Notes: generated from the sequence alone by a model not told the origin. A DNA stretch of 64,000 bases from Nitrosopumilus sp. (GCA_965203315.1 CBDBCE010000004.1:128001-192000), one strand, 5' to 3'. Positions 1 to 10,664 are shown, counted from the stretch's first letter. Program-made: numbers and translations.

Positions 1-675
1 ATATTCGAATCCACTAACTCGCATAAACTCTGCTGCTGCCTTGGGATACACCGTCTTGTATATACGATCAGAGTGGACAGGACCTGGATTTGTTGCAATC
101 GATACAACTCCTCGATCTACCAACTCCCATGACATTGCTTCTGCAAGTCTATTCTTTGCGCCTTGTGCAGCTGTATATGGACTACGAAATCGATACGGTC
201 TCTGTTCTAGTGGTCTCTCTTCAGTAAAAAAGGTCGATATTGTGATTATCTTGTCTCCTCGTTCCATGACTCGTAGCGCTTGAACAGATCCCCAAAATGT
301 TCCAGTCAGATGTATTCCTATCGTACTCTTAAACTCTGAGAGATCTGCATTTGGAAAACACGTAACAGGTCCTGAGACTCCTGCATTATTTATCATATAG
401 TTTACTCGAGTATTGTCTTGTTTGAGTTTATCAAACATTGCACTCATTGCTGACTCGTCACTCACATCGACATTGGCAAATATTTGTACACTGGCATTAC
501 TCTTTACATCTCTTATTATCTGTTCTAGTATCGCTGCAGTATCTTGTAATGGCTCACGACGTCGACCCAAAATTATTATGTTTGCCCCATTTTCGGCAAA
601 CTTTTTTGCAATGGCCTGACCTATTCCAGTTCCACTTCCTGTAATCAGTGCAGTCTTGCCTTGGAATTTTAACAT
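1..675 (-). CDS. SDR-family oxidoreductase (3' part runs off window)
   Basis: Manual translation (absent from ORF track): MLKFQGKTALITGSGTGIGQAIAKKF...NNAGVSGP...PYTAAQGAKNRLAE...NPGPVHSDRI; TGxxxGIG and NNAG motifs. Confidence 0.9.
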   Translation of the reverse strand, partial: MLKFQGKTALITGSGTGIGQAIAKKFAENGANIIILGRRREPLQDTAAILEQIIRDVKSNASVQIFANVDVSDESAMSAMFDKLKQDNTRVNYMINNAGVSGPVTCFPNADLSEFKSTIGIHLTGTFWGSVQALRVMERGDKIITISTFFTEERPLEQRPYRFRSPYTAAQGAKNRLAEAMSWELVDRGVVSIATNPGPVHSDRIYKTVYPKAAAEFMRVSGFEY

Positions 676-749
676 CGATATCTTGTCCTGATCCTTGTGA
701 TATTTATCTTACACTTATCTTTATTTGTGGGGTGATTATAATACCATTG

Positions 750-983
750 ATGCATGATTCTGAATCTGATACTTTTGTATATCAGACATGGCCAGAAAAG
801 TTTGCTACAATGCTTGATGATATTGGAGTGGAGTCTACTCCTATGGAGATCGGCTCTGATATAGAGCGTGGTGAATATTATTCTAGATATTTTGCACAGA
901 CACCTAGAATGGTCACAAACAAGGGCTGTCTTGATATTAAGGGCACCAATATAGACGCGGTTCAGATCATACAAAAGGGGTAA
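750..983 (+). CDS. Conserved hypothetical protein
   Basis: ORF 648..983; probable start ATG 750 (MHDSESDTFVYQTWPEKF); co-oriented with next gene. Confidence 0.6.
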   Translation: MHDSESDTFVYQTWPEKFATMLDDIGVESTPMEIGSDIERGEYYSRYFAQTPRMVTNKGCLDIKGTNIDAVQIIQKG

Positions 984-987
984 TGAT

Positions 988-1365
988 ATGCAGCAGATAG
1001 ATCCACTTCCTTGGGGCGCTCTGGATAGATATCAGGCACACTTTATTGTAAGACGAGATCCAGGTAATGATCACACTACCTTTCTCACAAAGACTGAACT
1101 GACAACGCAAGGTCACTTTGGCTCAAAACAACTGCTCTCAGTTAGATGGAGTGGTGGTGGCAAACTCGCATCGCGTCTCAACGATGACACTCAACTCTGT
1201 GATATGATCCTACAGCAATCTCTAGATGCTGCAAAGATGTACATAGAACCCACTGATAATGTGATACGCATTCATGGCACATGGAGTAACCATCTTGCTT
1301 TTGGTATCTCTCGTGAGCTCTATGAGATTTATGATCGTATAGCCGGTCACATAAAGTCAATCTAG
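988..1365 (+). CDS. Conserved hypothetical protein
   Basis: 125-aa ORF 4 nt downstream of previous gene. Confidence 0.65.
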   Translation: MQQIDPLPWGALDRYQAHFIVRRDPGNDHTTFLTKTELTTQGHFGSKQLLSVRWSGGGKLASRLNDDTQLCDMILQQSLDAAKMYIEPTDNVIRIHGTWSNHLAFGISRELYEIYDRIAGHIKSI

Positions 1366-1895
1366 GCCTTCCACCAGTCTAGTGCCACAAGATCAACATC
1401 ATTTGTTCGAGGTATCGCAAGTATGAACTGCTTTCTTACTGTTGTCGCAAGTCTTCCTGCCAAAACTATCTCCGTAGATGTGATCTGATCTCTTCTACTA
1501 TAAACTTGGACTAGATAAGGCGCGTGATCTATTCCTGGTCCTCTCTCGTATATTGCAAAATCACAACCAAACTTTATTCCTGGATTTACAATATATCCCA
1601 TATCTCTAAATTTTTTATAAACTTGATACTTTCTCTCAAAGTCGTGATACTCTTCCTTACACCTGTCGGTCATCTCTGATATGCTGACCTTTTTTCTTGA
1701 ACTAGTTATGTTCAGTCTATTGTTTTCTAGTAGGTATAGTCCCTCGATTAAATCTAATACTAGAGGAACGTCAATCTCGTCAGGTTTTGGTTTTGGCATG
1801 CCAATCGGTTTACCATAATATCCATTGACGAACAATTCTTTTGCATCTTTTATGTTCCACACAACTATGCGATTCTGTATAATCTCTCCTTTCAC
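1362..1895 (-). CDS. endA: tRNA-intron endonuclease (catalytic subunit)
   Basis: GIKFGCDFAIYERGPGIDHAPY motif with catalytic Y/H and RLATTVRK. Confidence 0.93.
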   Translation of the reverse strand: MKGEIIQNRIVVWNIKDAKELFVNGYYGKPIGMPKPKPDEIDVPLVLDLIEGLYLLENNRLNITSSRKKVSISEMTDRCKEEYHDFERKYQVYKKFRDMGYIVNPGIKFGCDFAIYERGPGIDHAPYLVQVYSRRDQITSTEIVLAGRLATTVRKQFILAIPRTNDVDLVALDWWKA

Positions 1896-1934
1896 AGATC
1901 AATCATATCACAATATGTATATGAACGATCGAGA

Positions 1935-2588
1935 TCAGAGACTTAGTGCTAGTAAGATAAACGAGTCTGACACACGTTGACACTTGTCTGCCATCTCTTC
2001 GATCCCTTCGACCACGTCTTTGATCAACATCAGTTCTTTGGTATTTGTTACTTCGGTTAGGATCTTTAATGTTACGGCGCGATATTTTATATCGATCTCG
2101 CGCTCAATCGTCTGTGTCTCTTGTGCAATCTTTATTGCATTTTCAGTATTTGTATTGAGGCTACGAATGATCTCATTTAGCTTGTATACTTCATCTACGA
2201 CTAGTTCGATGAGCTTTGTTACATCCTGGTCTATTCCCGCATTCTTTAGCGTTGTTGGTTTTATGTTAGATAATTTGAACGATATTCCGGTAATGTAACC
2301 TGCAATCTCATCCATGGTATATGCCGTGTTTAATAGGTTCTCACGATTCATGATCAATCCTCCGACATCGGCCACCTCGCGTGTGATCTTGCGACGCAAT
2401 GTCTCTACTTCATCTTCAATCGTAGATATCTCTTTTAGTACGTTCTTTATGCCAGGTTTGTCGCGTTTCATCATCAGCTCTGGTAGTGTCCCAAGCTCCC
2501 TTGCCGCATTTAGTATTCTGTGAATCTCGTCTTGTAGAACTGCTATCGCCTTTCGTTTTGCTTGAACCTCGAGCTCGCCACTATACAT
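1935..2588 (-). CDS. DUF47/PhoU-like helical protein
   Basis: IEREID...IEEMADKCQRVSD pattern; likely start MYSGELE. Confidence 0.75.
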   Translation of the reverse strand: MYSGELEVQAKRKAIAVLQDEIHRILNAARELGTLPELMMKRDKPGIKNVLKEISTIEDEVETLRRKITREVADVGGLIMNRENLLNTAYTMDEIAGYITGISFKLSNIKPTTLKNAGIDQDVTKLIELVVDEVYKLNEIIRSLNTNTENAIKIAQETQTIEREIDIKYRAVTLKILTEVTNTKELMLIKDVVEGIEEMADKCQRVSDSFILLALSL

Positions 2589-2630
2589 AATATAAGAGTT
2601 CAACAACCCTTTGGTAATTTAAATATATTC

Positions 2631-4403
2631 TCATCTCTGATCTTGGGAATCTTTGTTCTTGATCTTGGTTTGACCACTATACAGTGCAATGACTTCTTGA
2701 TTCGTGGATGCATCTTCTGCTACTTTATCTTGGCGTATCTTTCCGGTAAACTTTGGAAACCGTAGTGCTAGACCAGCACCTCTTCGTATCTTGTCTTTAG
2801 CTGCCTGGTGTATGGGACTAAGTGTTATCTCTGATGCCACTATCTCGATTATAGTCGAAGGCTCGAACCAGACATCGGCTGGCATCTGGCTATCTATGCG
2901 TGGACTACGTTTGATGGTTACTTTTGGTTGCAGTACTTGATATATCTGATCCAAACTCTCGTCTGAGAATCCGGTTCCCACTTTGCATATGCTGGTAAAA
3001 GTATCCGAGTCATCATCGTACGTTGCAAGGAGTAACGTTCCATAAATTCCTGTGCGCCTGCCTTTGCCAAAAAATCCTCCAATTACTACAAGATCTAAAC
3101 TATCGCCCAACTCGTTTCGATACTCTCGTTTTAATTTTAGCCAGTAACTGCCTCGAGAACCAGCCTTGTACGGACTATCTGGTCTCTTGAGCATCAATCC
3201 TTCACTGCCTGCATTGATCCCATTCTCCATAACCTCTTCAATCTCGCTCTTGCTATGTACTGTCGTCATGGACATGTGTCTTGCATATCTGTCTTCTCTT
3301 ACCACTTTTGTCAACTTTGCACGTCTCTGATCATAACTCATATCTAGACAGCTCTTGCCATTGCAATAAAGAATATCAAAAAAGTTGACACTGATTGGAT
3401 ATTGGGTTACAGCTTTCTCTATCTTGTATTTACGTTTTCTATGCATCAACTCTTGAAATGGTAGAAACTCGCCCGTGTCCTCATTTATGGCAACAGCCTC
3501 TGCTTCGAGAATTACATCATCTGCGTTGATCACTTGTGGAATCTTTTCAATAATGTCTGGATAGTATCTTGATATGTTCTCTAGGCTACGTGAAAAGACG
3601 ACTGCCTTGTCTCCCTTTATGTGAATTTGTACTCGTTCACCATCTAGTTTGTATTCTGCAGCAAAAGACTCACCCAATCTCTCGATTGCTTCATGTTCGT
3701 TCTTGACTCTGTCTGCAAGCATTGGTCTTATTGGATTAAACAGTGATATCTCAAAAGACTCGATCTTGGATATTCCGTGTTCTGCAATAATCTGTGCAAC
3801 ATGCCCAAGATCACTCGATACGTTATATGCATGCTCTAGTGCATCTCGATTACTCTTGTCGTCTGAGAATGCGATCGCAAGTGCATCCATGACTGTGTTT
3901 TCAGCAATCCCGAGTCGTAGCGTCCCTAAAAGCAACTTTAGAATGAAACTGGCCTCAAGTGGCGTTGCATCGTTTAGTAGACTAGTGATGTACTTTAACT
4001 TCATATCTTGCGAGCGTGTTCCTTCCAATCTCGCAATCTTGAATAGTGTTTCGTATACTCGCTCTACTGTAATATCTTGTGCTAGAAATGTCGTCTGTGT
4101 CTTTTGTTCCAGGATCATAGCAGCCGCATGACCTAGATCTCCAGTATCTCGATATTTAGATTCGATCTCAGATATTGAGGTGCCTGACGACTTTGCGATT
4201 GCTTTTATTGCAATCTTTTCAGCAACCCCCAACTCTATCCCTTCAAAGTCTGGTCGTATCTTTCCTTGTATCAGATAAACTATCTTTGCAATATTGTTTT
4301 GGGGAGTACTCTTGAAGAGCTGTACCAAATGTTGTGTCAACTCGAGTCTCTTTCTAGTTGACTCCATCTTGCTAAATGAATCTGCTATTATGGAAAACTC
4401 CAT
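2631..4403 (-). CDS. lig: ATP-dependent DNA ligase
   Basis: EYKLDGERVQIH adenylation motif, EGLMLK, WLKLK, LRFPKF. Confidence 0.97.
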   Translation of the reverse strand: MEFSIIADSFSKMESTRKRLELTQHLVQLFKSTPQNNIAKIVYLIQGKIRPDFEGIELGVAEKIAIKAIAKSSGTSISEIESKYRDTGDLGHAAAMILEQKTQTTFLAQDITVERVYETLFKIARLEGTRSQDMKLKYITSLLNDATPLEASFILKLLLGTLRLGIAENTVMDALAIAFSDDKSNRDALEHAYNVSSDLGHVAQIIAEHGISKIESFEISLFNPIRPMLADRVKNEHEAIERLGESFAAEYKLDGERVQIHIKGDKAVVFSRSLENISRYYPDIIEKIPQVINADDVILEAEAVAINEDTGEFLPFQELMHRKRKYKIEKAVTQYPISVNFFDILYCNGKSCLDMSYDQRRAKLTKVVREDRYARHMSMTTVHSKSEIEEVMENGINAGSEGLMLKRPDSPYKAGSRGSYWLKLKREYRNELGDSLDLVVIGGFFGKGRRTGIYGTLLLATYDDDSDTFTSICKVGTGFSDESLDQIYQVLQPKVTIKRSPRIDSQMPADVWFEPSTIIEIVASEITLSPIHQAAKDKIRRGAGLALRFPKFTGKIRQDKVAEDASTNQEVIALYSGQTKIKNKDSQDQR

Positions 4404-4413
4404 CTCTTATCCT

Positions 4414-4821
4414 TTAGATGTATTTGAAGATCGTTGGTTTATCTCTGTTTGACATGTCGGATACTAGGGCAAAATTATACAACGGGTAATCTCTTTTGTA
4501 CTGTTTCATAAAACTCCATGCAACGTCATGTGTCTTGAACTCTGTTCTAATGCCATCTAGTATGGTAAATTTCCCATATGTGTCAAAGACTATTACGTTG
4601 TACTGTTTTGGGCGATTGTGTGGTTTTGCTCTGAGTAGCCACGCTAATGCAAATACAAAGACTGTGGCCAATACGACATACTCTCCTGCAACTCTGAAAA
4701 AGTCTAAAACTATGCTGGGAATGGTTTGACCAAATAACACTGCAACAAAGTTGGAGAAAGAGATCACAGCCAATGCCGTAAATATGTATGTCTTCCAATC
4801 AAAGATCTTTTGAAATTTCAA
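4414..4821 (-). CDS. Hypothetical membrane protein
   Basis: Two N-terminal hydrophobic segments; operonic with lig. Confidence 0.7.
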   Translation of the reverse strand: MKFQKIFDWKTYIFTALAVISFSNFVAVLFGQTIPSIVLDFFRVAGEYVVLATVFVFALAWLLRAKPHNRPKQYNVIVFDTYGKFTILDGIRTEFKTHDVAWSFMKQYKRDYPLYNFALVSDMSNRDKPTIFKYI

Positions 4822-4957
4822 TTCGATTTTTGTATGTGTTGTTTTCTTTTAACTATTTCTCATAGGTGGTTCAGGTTGCACTATAAGGGTATCTAGAATA
4901 TTTACACTAGATATCGTCTAAAATATCACTCGTCTCTAATCGTGACTAGTTGGTTAT

Positions 4958-6091
4958 CTAGTCGGGATCTTCGTACTCTATCCTTCTCTGACCGCTTGTC
5001 GTATCTGACATGGGGCGCATCTTGCCTTCTAGAATCTCCATTCTTGCTCGATATCCTTCGGCATACTCGAGCTCTGAAGGAACAAGTGTGGCTGGATGGA
5101 TAAATCCTTGACTACGAATATTCATGGCCTTTTTTGTTGCATTCATTCTAATCAGATCCCAATCGGGAGTTGAGAATCCATCAAAAGGTCCAGTGAATTT
5201 TCCATTATGCATACTAAATACTAGTGCTTCTACTATGGGAATGCAAAAGTTGATCGTTGCAGCCGAGTTTAATTTGACCGGCATCAATGGCATATTGTGA
5301 CTTCCTCGTGTATTGCCTGCAACTAGATGCGGATTATTAAAGACACTTCCAACTTCTTCTGTCGCTGGAAATCTCTTCTGCGTTCGAACTATGCATATCG
5401 GATCATCTTTTCCTACATACGTTCCAGCGATATTGTGTAATCGATCAGTAGACGCAGCAAGTATCGGCTCTCCGTCCTTTGTCGTCACGGTGTCGACTAC
5501 ATATCTACCAGGATACATGAGCGCAGCTTCAATAGTCGGTTTGTCTTGCCATAACTCTAACTCTGCGATCTGTGCCTTTTCGACATCCATTATGTTGATC
5601 TTTACTCCTTGTGCTAGACTCTTGTTTACTATTAATCCTGTATTGCTCAAAGAATCTACAAACATTCGATATATCGGATAGTTGAATGCGCCAGGTTCTG
5701 TCTTGTCAGCTGCAAAGACAGTAAATGCCTCGTTTGCTCTCTCTTCAAACTCCATCTCTGCAACACCAGGTCCCATGCCTTTTACATTTCCAGAGAAAGA
5801 GTCTCGAAGCAGATCTTGACCTGCACCGTACAGTCCTTCTTCTTTTGCAATTTTTGTCCCTTCCATGAATGCATCCCATGCAAGCTTGTGGATCGACTCG
5901 TTGTTGGTACCATGTACATGAGACATTACGATATGTGTGTCATCTCCACAATATCCGATATAGTGATCCAAGAATAGATCTGAACTATGTGTGATCGTAT
6001 CTCTAATAGCTTGCAGTAAGCCTTTACTTGGTTTGGTATGTCCTCCTATACCTCCCACGTCAGCCTTGATAACCGATAATGTTATCTTCAT
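4958..6091 (-). CDS. fbp: Bifunctional fructose-1,6-bisphosphate aldolase/phosphatase
   Basis: KITLSVIKADVGG, YGAGQDLL, ADKTEPGAFN, YVGKDDP. Confidence 0.96.
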   Translation of the reverse strand: MKITLSVIKADVGGIGGHTKPSKGLLQAIRDTITHSSDLFLDHYIGYCGDDTHIVMSHVHGTNNESIHKLAWDAFMEGTKIAKEEGLYGAGQDLLRDSFSGNVKGMGPGVAEMEFEERANEAFTVFAADKTEPGAFNYPIYRMFVDSLSNTGLIVNKSLAQGVKINIMDVEKAQIAELELWQDKPTIEAALMYPGRYVVDTVTTKDGEPILAASTDRLHNIAGTYVGKDDPICIVRTQKRFPATEEVGSVFNNPHLVAGNTRGSHNMPLMPVKLNSAATINFCIPIVEALVFSMHNGKFTGPFDGFSTPDWDLIRMNATKKAMNIRSQGFIHPATLVPSELEYAEGYRARMEILEGKMRPMSDTTSGQRRIEYEDPD

Positions 6092-6248
6092 ATGGTGGAC
6101 ATGCTATCTACTTTGATTTATGTGTAGTTTTCGTATGGATATTTGGACTTGTTGGTTGGGTCTTAGTGTTTTTCTTACGACCACTCACCACACCGATCAT
6201 CTCGCACAAATCATAACAATAATAAATACCCAGAAATAGTGAGTTCAT

Positions 6249-7547
6249 ATGGCAGAAAAACCCCACCTGAACTTGATCGTTACAGGTCACATTGACAATG
6301 GCAAATCGACAACGATGGGTCACTTTTTGATGGATCTGGGAGTTGTAGATGAGCGAACCATAGCTGCACACGCAACAGAGTCTGAAAAGACTGGCAAAGG
6401 TGATACTTTCAAGTATGCTTGGGTTATGGATAATATCAAAGATGAGCGAGAACGTGGAATCACAATAGACCTCGCATTTCAAAAATTCGAGTCTTCAAAA
6501 TACTTCTTTACTCTAATAGACGCACCAGGTCATCGAGACTTTATCAAAAATATGATCACAGGAGCATCTGAAGCAGATGCTGCAATACTGGTGCTATCTG
6601 CAAAAGAGGGTGAGACCGATACTGCAGTCGCTGCTGGCGGTCAAGCACGTGAGCACGCATTTCTATTAAAGACGCTGGGTGTCAACCAACTGATCGTTGC
6701 AATCAACAAGATGGACGATAGTAACTACTCTGAAGCTGCATTCAAAGCCGCAAAGGAGAAAGGTGAAAAACTCGTAAGATCTGTTGGCTATAAACTAGAC
6801 CAAGTCCCCTTTATTCCTGTATCTGGTTGGAAAGGTGACAATCTGGTTAAAAAATCTGAAAATATGTCGTGGTATACCGGCAAGACTCTATTAGAAGCAT
6901 TTGATGATTTTACTATATCTGAGAAACCGGTAGGTAAACCACTACGTGTTCCGATTCAAGACGTATATACAATTACAGGTGTTGGTACCGTTCCTGTTGG
7001 TCGAGTCGAGACTGGAACTATGAAGCCAGGTGACAAGATCGTTGTGATGCCATCTGGTGCACCAGGCGAGATAAAATCGATAGAGACTCATCATCAGATG
7101 ATGCCTTCTGCTGAAGCTGGTGACAATATTGGATTTAATTTACGTGGTGTAGAAAAGAAAGATATCAAACGTGGTGATGTTTTAGGCACTCCAGACTCAC
7201 CTCCGACCGTTGCTAAAGAGTTCAAGGCACAAATAATCGTCATACACCATCCAACCGCAATTGCTCCTGGTTATACTCCGGTCATGCACGCACATACAGC
7301 TCAGGTGGCTGCAACTGTGACAGAGTTTCTACAAAAGATCAATCCTGCAAGTGGAGCAATCGAGGAGGAGAATCCCAAGTTCCTTAAAGTTGGTGACTCT
7401 GCAATAGTCAAGATCCGACCAGTCAGACCAACATGTATTGAGACATTTCAAGAGTTTCCAGAGATGGGAAGATTTGCACTACGAGATATGGGCGCAACCA
7501 TTGCAGCTGGAATTGTAAAAGAGATTACCGAAGAGTACAAACCATAG
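6249..7547 (+). CDS. tuf: Translation elongation factor EF-1 alpha
   Basis: GHIDNGKST, ERERGITI, DAPGHRDF, NKMD, GRFALRDMG. Confidence 0.99.
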   Translation: MAEKPHLNLIVTGHIDNGKSTTMGHFLMDLGVVDERTIAAHATESEKTGKGDTFKYAWVMDNIKDERERGITIDLAFQKFESSKYFFTLIDAPGHRDFIKNMITGASEADAAILVLSAKEGETDTAVAAGGQAREHAFLLKTLGVNQLIVAINKMDDSNYSEAAFKAAKEKGEKLVRSVGYKLDQVPFIPVSGWKGDNLVKKSENMSWYTGKTLLEAFDDFTISEKPVGKPLRVPIQDVYTITGVGTVPVGRVETGTMKPGDKIVVMPSGAPGEIKSIETHHQMMPSAEAGDNIGFNLRGVEKKDIKRGDVLGTPDSPPTVAKEFKAQIIVIHHPTAIAPGYTPVMHAHTAQVAATVTEFLQKINPASGAIEEENPKFLKVGDSAIVKIRPVRPTCIETFQEFPEMGRFALRDMGATIAAGIVKEITEEYKP

Positions 7548-7560
7548 GTTTGATGTTTGC

Positions 7561-7869
7561 ATGGTACAACCCGCTCGTGTCAAACTCACTTCAACTAGTC
7601 TTCCAAAACTTGTTGGTGTATGTAATGAGATAATGGGGATTGGTAAAAGAACTGGTGTCAAAGTTAAAGGTCCAACACCACTTCCAGTAAAGCGTCTACA
7701 TGTGGCTACACGCAAGTCTCCTTGCGGGAATGGCACCGAGACGTATGAAAAATGGGAGATGAAGATGCACCGACGAATAATCAACATGCGTGCTGACGAT
7801 AGAGCTATACAACAGCTGGTACGTCTAAAGATCCCTGATGACGTATATATCGAACTATCTCTTACATAG
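7561..7869 (+). CDS. rpsJ: 30S ribosomal protein S10
   Basis: GPTPLP...TRKSPCGNGTETYEKWEMKMHRR; follows tuf. Confidence 0.97.
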   Translation: MVQPARVKLTSTSLPKLVGVCNEIMGIGKRTGVKVKGPTPLPVKRLHVATRKSPCGNGTETYEKWEMKMHRRIINMRADDRAIQQLVRLKIPDDVYIELSLT

Positions 7870-7894
7870 TAATCATTAAAATTATGTTAAATGT

Positions 7895-8089
7895 TTGGTG
7901 AGATACATGTCAGACGAAATCATACCCTCAGATACCGATACCTTTGAAGTAAACTATTCGTGTTTGAGATGTGGTACACATGTGTCCAATGAAGAACTGA
8001 ATAGATTACCTGAGATAAAATGCATCTGTGGTTTTCGTGTATTTGTAAAGATTAGACCACCTATGGTCAAGACCATAAAGGCAGTCTAG
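7895..8089 (+). CDS. rpoP: RNA polymerase subunit P (Rpo12)
   Basis: YSCLRCG...IKCICGFRVFVKIRPP zinc ribbon. Confidence 0.88.
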   Translation: MVRYMSDEIIPSDTDTFEVNYSCLRCGTHVSNEELNRLPEIKCICGFRVFVKIRPPMVKTIKAV

Positions 8090-8274
8090 TTTTTGTAGCT
8101 ATGTTCTCGCTGTAGATGAGTCCGCATCTCATCCATACTTGCAAAGTACTGATTGCATTGTTTACAGTCATATTGTTGTTCTCCATGAAAAATCTCTTTA
8201 TGACTCATCAACTCTTCATCACTCGAGAAACGACGTTCACAAATATTGCATATTACTCTCTTGAATAGGTTCAT
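8086..8274 (-). CDS. Small C2H2 zinc-finger protein
   Basis: Two C2H2 fingers (CNIC..H..H; CKQC..H..H); start MNLFKR overlaps upstream stop. Confidence 0.8.
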   Translation of the reverse strand: MNLFKRVICNICERRFSSDEELMSHKEIFHGEQQYDCKQCNQYFASMDEMRTHLQREHSYKN

Positions 8275-8681
8275 CCAAACTCTGCCTTTTTTTGATCCCA
8301 ACACCCTCGACACATCTGACCATCGATCTTCCATTTGCTTTTTGGATTGTATCTGATCAAGCCCATCTTTGTACCGCATACTGAACAAAAATTCTTCTGT
8401 TTTGCATGATTCGATTCTTTCTCATCAAAACATCGTTTACATAATAATCCATCCATATCCCATTGCCACCTAGGCTCCCATAGATCAGTAATCTTGTATG
8501 TGGCCTTGCACACCACGCACGGTTGTCTGACTTTGCCCTCATAGTACTCTTTTGACTTTTCAAAATGACAGTTACCACACAATGGACCCTTGATATTCCA
8601 TTCTCGTTTTGGTTTGTATTTGTGTTTCAACTCTTGGCTGCATATGATACAGTACGATGGTTCTCTATTCCAAAATCTCAT
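8271..8681 (-). CDS. Multi-CxxC zinc-binding hypothetical protein
   Basis: Three repeated CxxC...W..G.lCxxC units. Confidence 0.8.
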   Translation of the reverse strand: MRFWNREPSYCIICSQELKHKYKPKREWNIKGPLCGNCHFEKSKEYYEGKVRQPCVVCKATYKITDLWEPRWQWDMDGLLCKRCFDEKESNHAKQKNFCSVCGTKMGLIRYNPKSKWKIDGQMCRGCWDQKKAEFG

Positions 8682-8804
8682 AATATCATCTTGGATCTTT
8701 ATTCTATAAATTACTTTGAGAGGTCAAGCATTTGTACTATCAAAACTTTACAACTATCACAAAGCGATGCAAAAAGATATTAGGACAGCCCTATACGTTA
8801 TGTC

Positions 8805-8924
8805 ATGGTACGACGCAACATGCCTGTATGTTTTACAAAAAAACAGTACGCAATGATCGAGGAGTATGCAAAACGTAGTGGAATGCTAAATGCAAGCCAA
8901 GCACTTGAGCGCCTTCTCGATTGA
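8805..8924 (+). CDS. Small ribbon-helix-helix-like protein (39 aa)
   Basis: Manual translation MVRRNMPVCFTKKQYAMIEEYAKRSGMLNASQALERLLD; below ORF-track cutoff. Confidence 0.6.
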   Translation: MVRRNMPVCFTKKQYAMIEEYAKRSGMLNASQALERLLD

Positions 8925-8935
8925 TATTTTTTATC

Positions 8936-10072
8936 TTAACTCATTGACACTAGTAGCTGATCTGGGGTGTAAAAGTTACCATACTTTTTTGCAAGCTCTT
9001 CCAACTCTGATACTATCTTGTTCATGCCAATCTCTCTTGCTGTATCAAATAGCGGTTTTTTAAGTCCAAGTCCTAGACTAGCAGCACGTTCAATCTCTTC
9101 GATATCGCTTACCTCATTAGTTATCAACCATCCTGCATTGTTTAGTATATTTGCAACTAGTTGTATTGGATTGTGCCGAGTGGCCATTTCACTGTCGAGT
9201 ACAACTCGTTCATACTTGTCATCAGAATACTTGTAAAACCCTTCTCCAGATTTTTGTCCTAGTTTACCATCTTTGAACATTTGCTCAACTAGCGGATGAG
9301 GTCTGATCACTTTATTATCTCTAGAATACATCTCGACAGTCGCTTTGTGTATTACATCCATTCCAGTAAAGTCAGCAAGCTCGAATATTCCCATTGGGAA
9401 ACCCATATTGAACTTTACAGCAGAATCGATCTCTTCTAGTGTTGCAGATGTTCGATCTTTAACAAAACATGCTTCGTGAACCATGGGAATAAAGAGACGA
9501 TTTATAATAAATCCTGGAACATCTTTTTTGCATATTACCTCTTGTTTATTGATCGATCTCACATACTGTTTTGTAATGTCTACAACTTGTGCAGATGTCT
9601 CTTTACCAGGTATTATCTCTACCAACTTCATCAATTGTGGTGGATTGAAAAAATGAATTCCGATAAACTTGTCTGGACGTGATGTTGTATTTGCAATCTC
9701 TGTTATTGGAAGTGTACTGGTATTTGACGCAAAGATTACATTTGACGATGCGATTGCATCTAGTTCCGCGTATACCTTCTTCTTTAGATCCATATTCTCA
9801 GGCACAACTTCTATTACCATGTCTGCATCTTTTATTGCGTCCTCGAGATCAACTATTGGTTTGATTCTAGATAGGATATCTTTACGCTGTTCATCTGTGA
9901 TCTTTGATTTTGTCACCATCTTGTCTAGACTCCAGCTTATCTTTGAGATAGCTTTGTCTAGATACTCTTGTGCAATGTCTCTTAGAACTATATTGTATTC
10001 TGCCATAGCTGATATCTGTGCAATCCCATGCCCCATGACGCCTGATCCTAAAACCGTGATGTTTTTTATCAT
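8936..10072 (-). CDS. 3-hydroxyacyl-CoA (3-hydroxybutyryl-CoA) dehydrogenase
   Basis: GSGVMGHGIA, ASNTST, HFFNPP, PGFIINR, PMGIFELAD. Confidence 0.92.
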   Translation of the reverse strand: MIKNITVLGSGVMGHGIAQISAMAEYNIVLRDIAQEYLDKAISKISWSLDKMVTKSKITDEQRKDILSRIKPIVDLEDAIKDADMVIEVVPENMDLKKKVYAELDAIASSNVIFASNTSTLPITEIANTTSRPDKFIGIHFFNPPQLMKLVEIIPGKETSAQVVDITKQYVRSINKQEVICKKDVPGFIINRLFIPMVHEACFVKDRTSATLEEIDSAVKFNMGFPMGIFELADFTGMDVIHKATVEMYSRDNKVIRPHPLVEQMFKDGKLGQKSGEGFYKYSDDKYERVVLDSEMATRHNPIQLVANILNNAGWLITNEVSDIEEIERAASLGLGLKKPLFDTAREIGMNKIVSELEELAKKYGNFYTPDQLLVSMS

Positions 10073-10300
10073 TATGCCTAGTGTATCTGTGCTACAATTT
10101 TAATCATCACATCTTGGACATATCTACTAATATTGAGTATCGTAATCAGCCTTCGCAAGTGTGTTAAGACTGGGACAATTTTATGAACTGTATCTATCGT
10201 CATTGCATAACTTGACTGTATTATGTCGATATATCATCTATCCAAAAGCTAGAGTTGTCACGAAAAACCACACACTTGATTTGATGACAAAAACAATATC

Positions 10301-10440
10301 AGACTGTATGCGTATTATTAAGAGTGCCCATGCACAATCATCAAACATGACAACAATGAATCAATTTGCCTCTAGAAATTACACCTGTGTTTTACTGTAC
10401 CTTAAATGTGCGTATGATGTAAGAAATACGCATACAGTCT
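10301..10440. mobile_element. MITE family A, copy 1
   Basis: 16-bp TIR AGACTGTATGCGTATT...AATACGCATACAGTCT, 140 bp, flanked by ATC/ATC. Confidence 0.9.
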
Positions 10441-10664
10441 ATCGTACTATACATTATGTCCACTTTAGGATGATTAGATCATCTGACTCTTATCTCGATC
10501 ATGAATCCTCTTGACATTGGGACACTTGTAAACATCATATTCTTCGGGATTATGTGGGTATTGTCAAGTAATGGGATTACGTGGAAATCGTCCCCCACTA
10601 GCTCTGACGAATTGTTACCCTGTCATTGAATATCTTGTTCTATGTACATCTTTGATCTTTTGTT

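Noticed and set aside
10161-10514. 117-aa ORF
   Set aside because: Reads through MITE A copy 1; no protein-like signal
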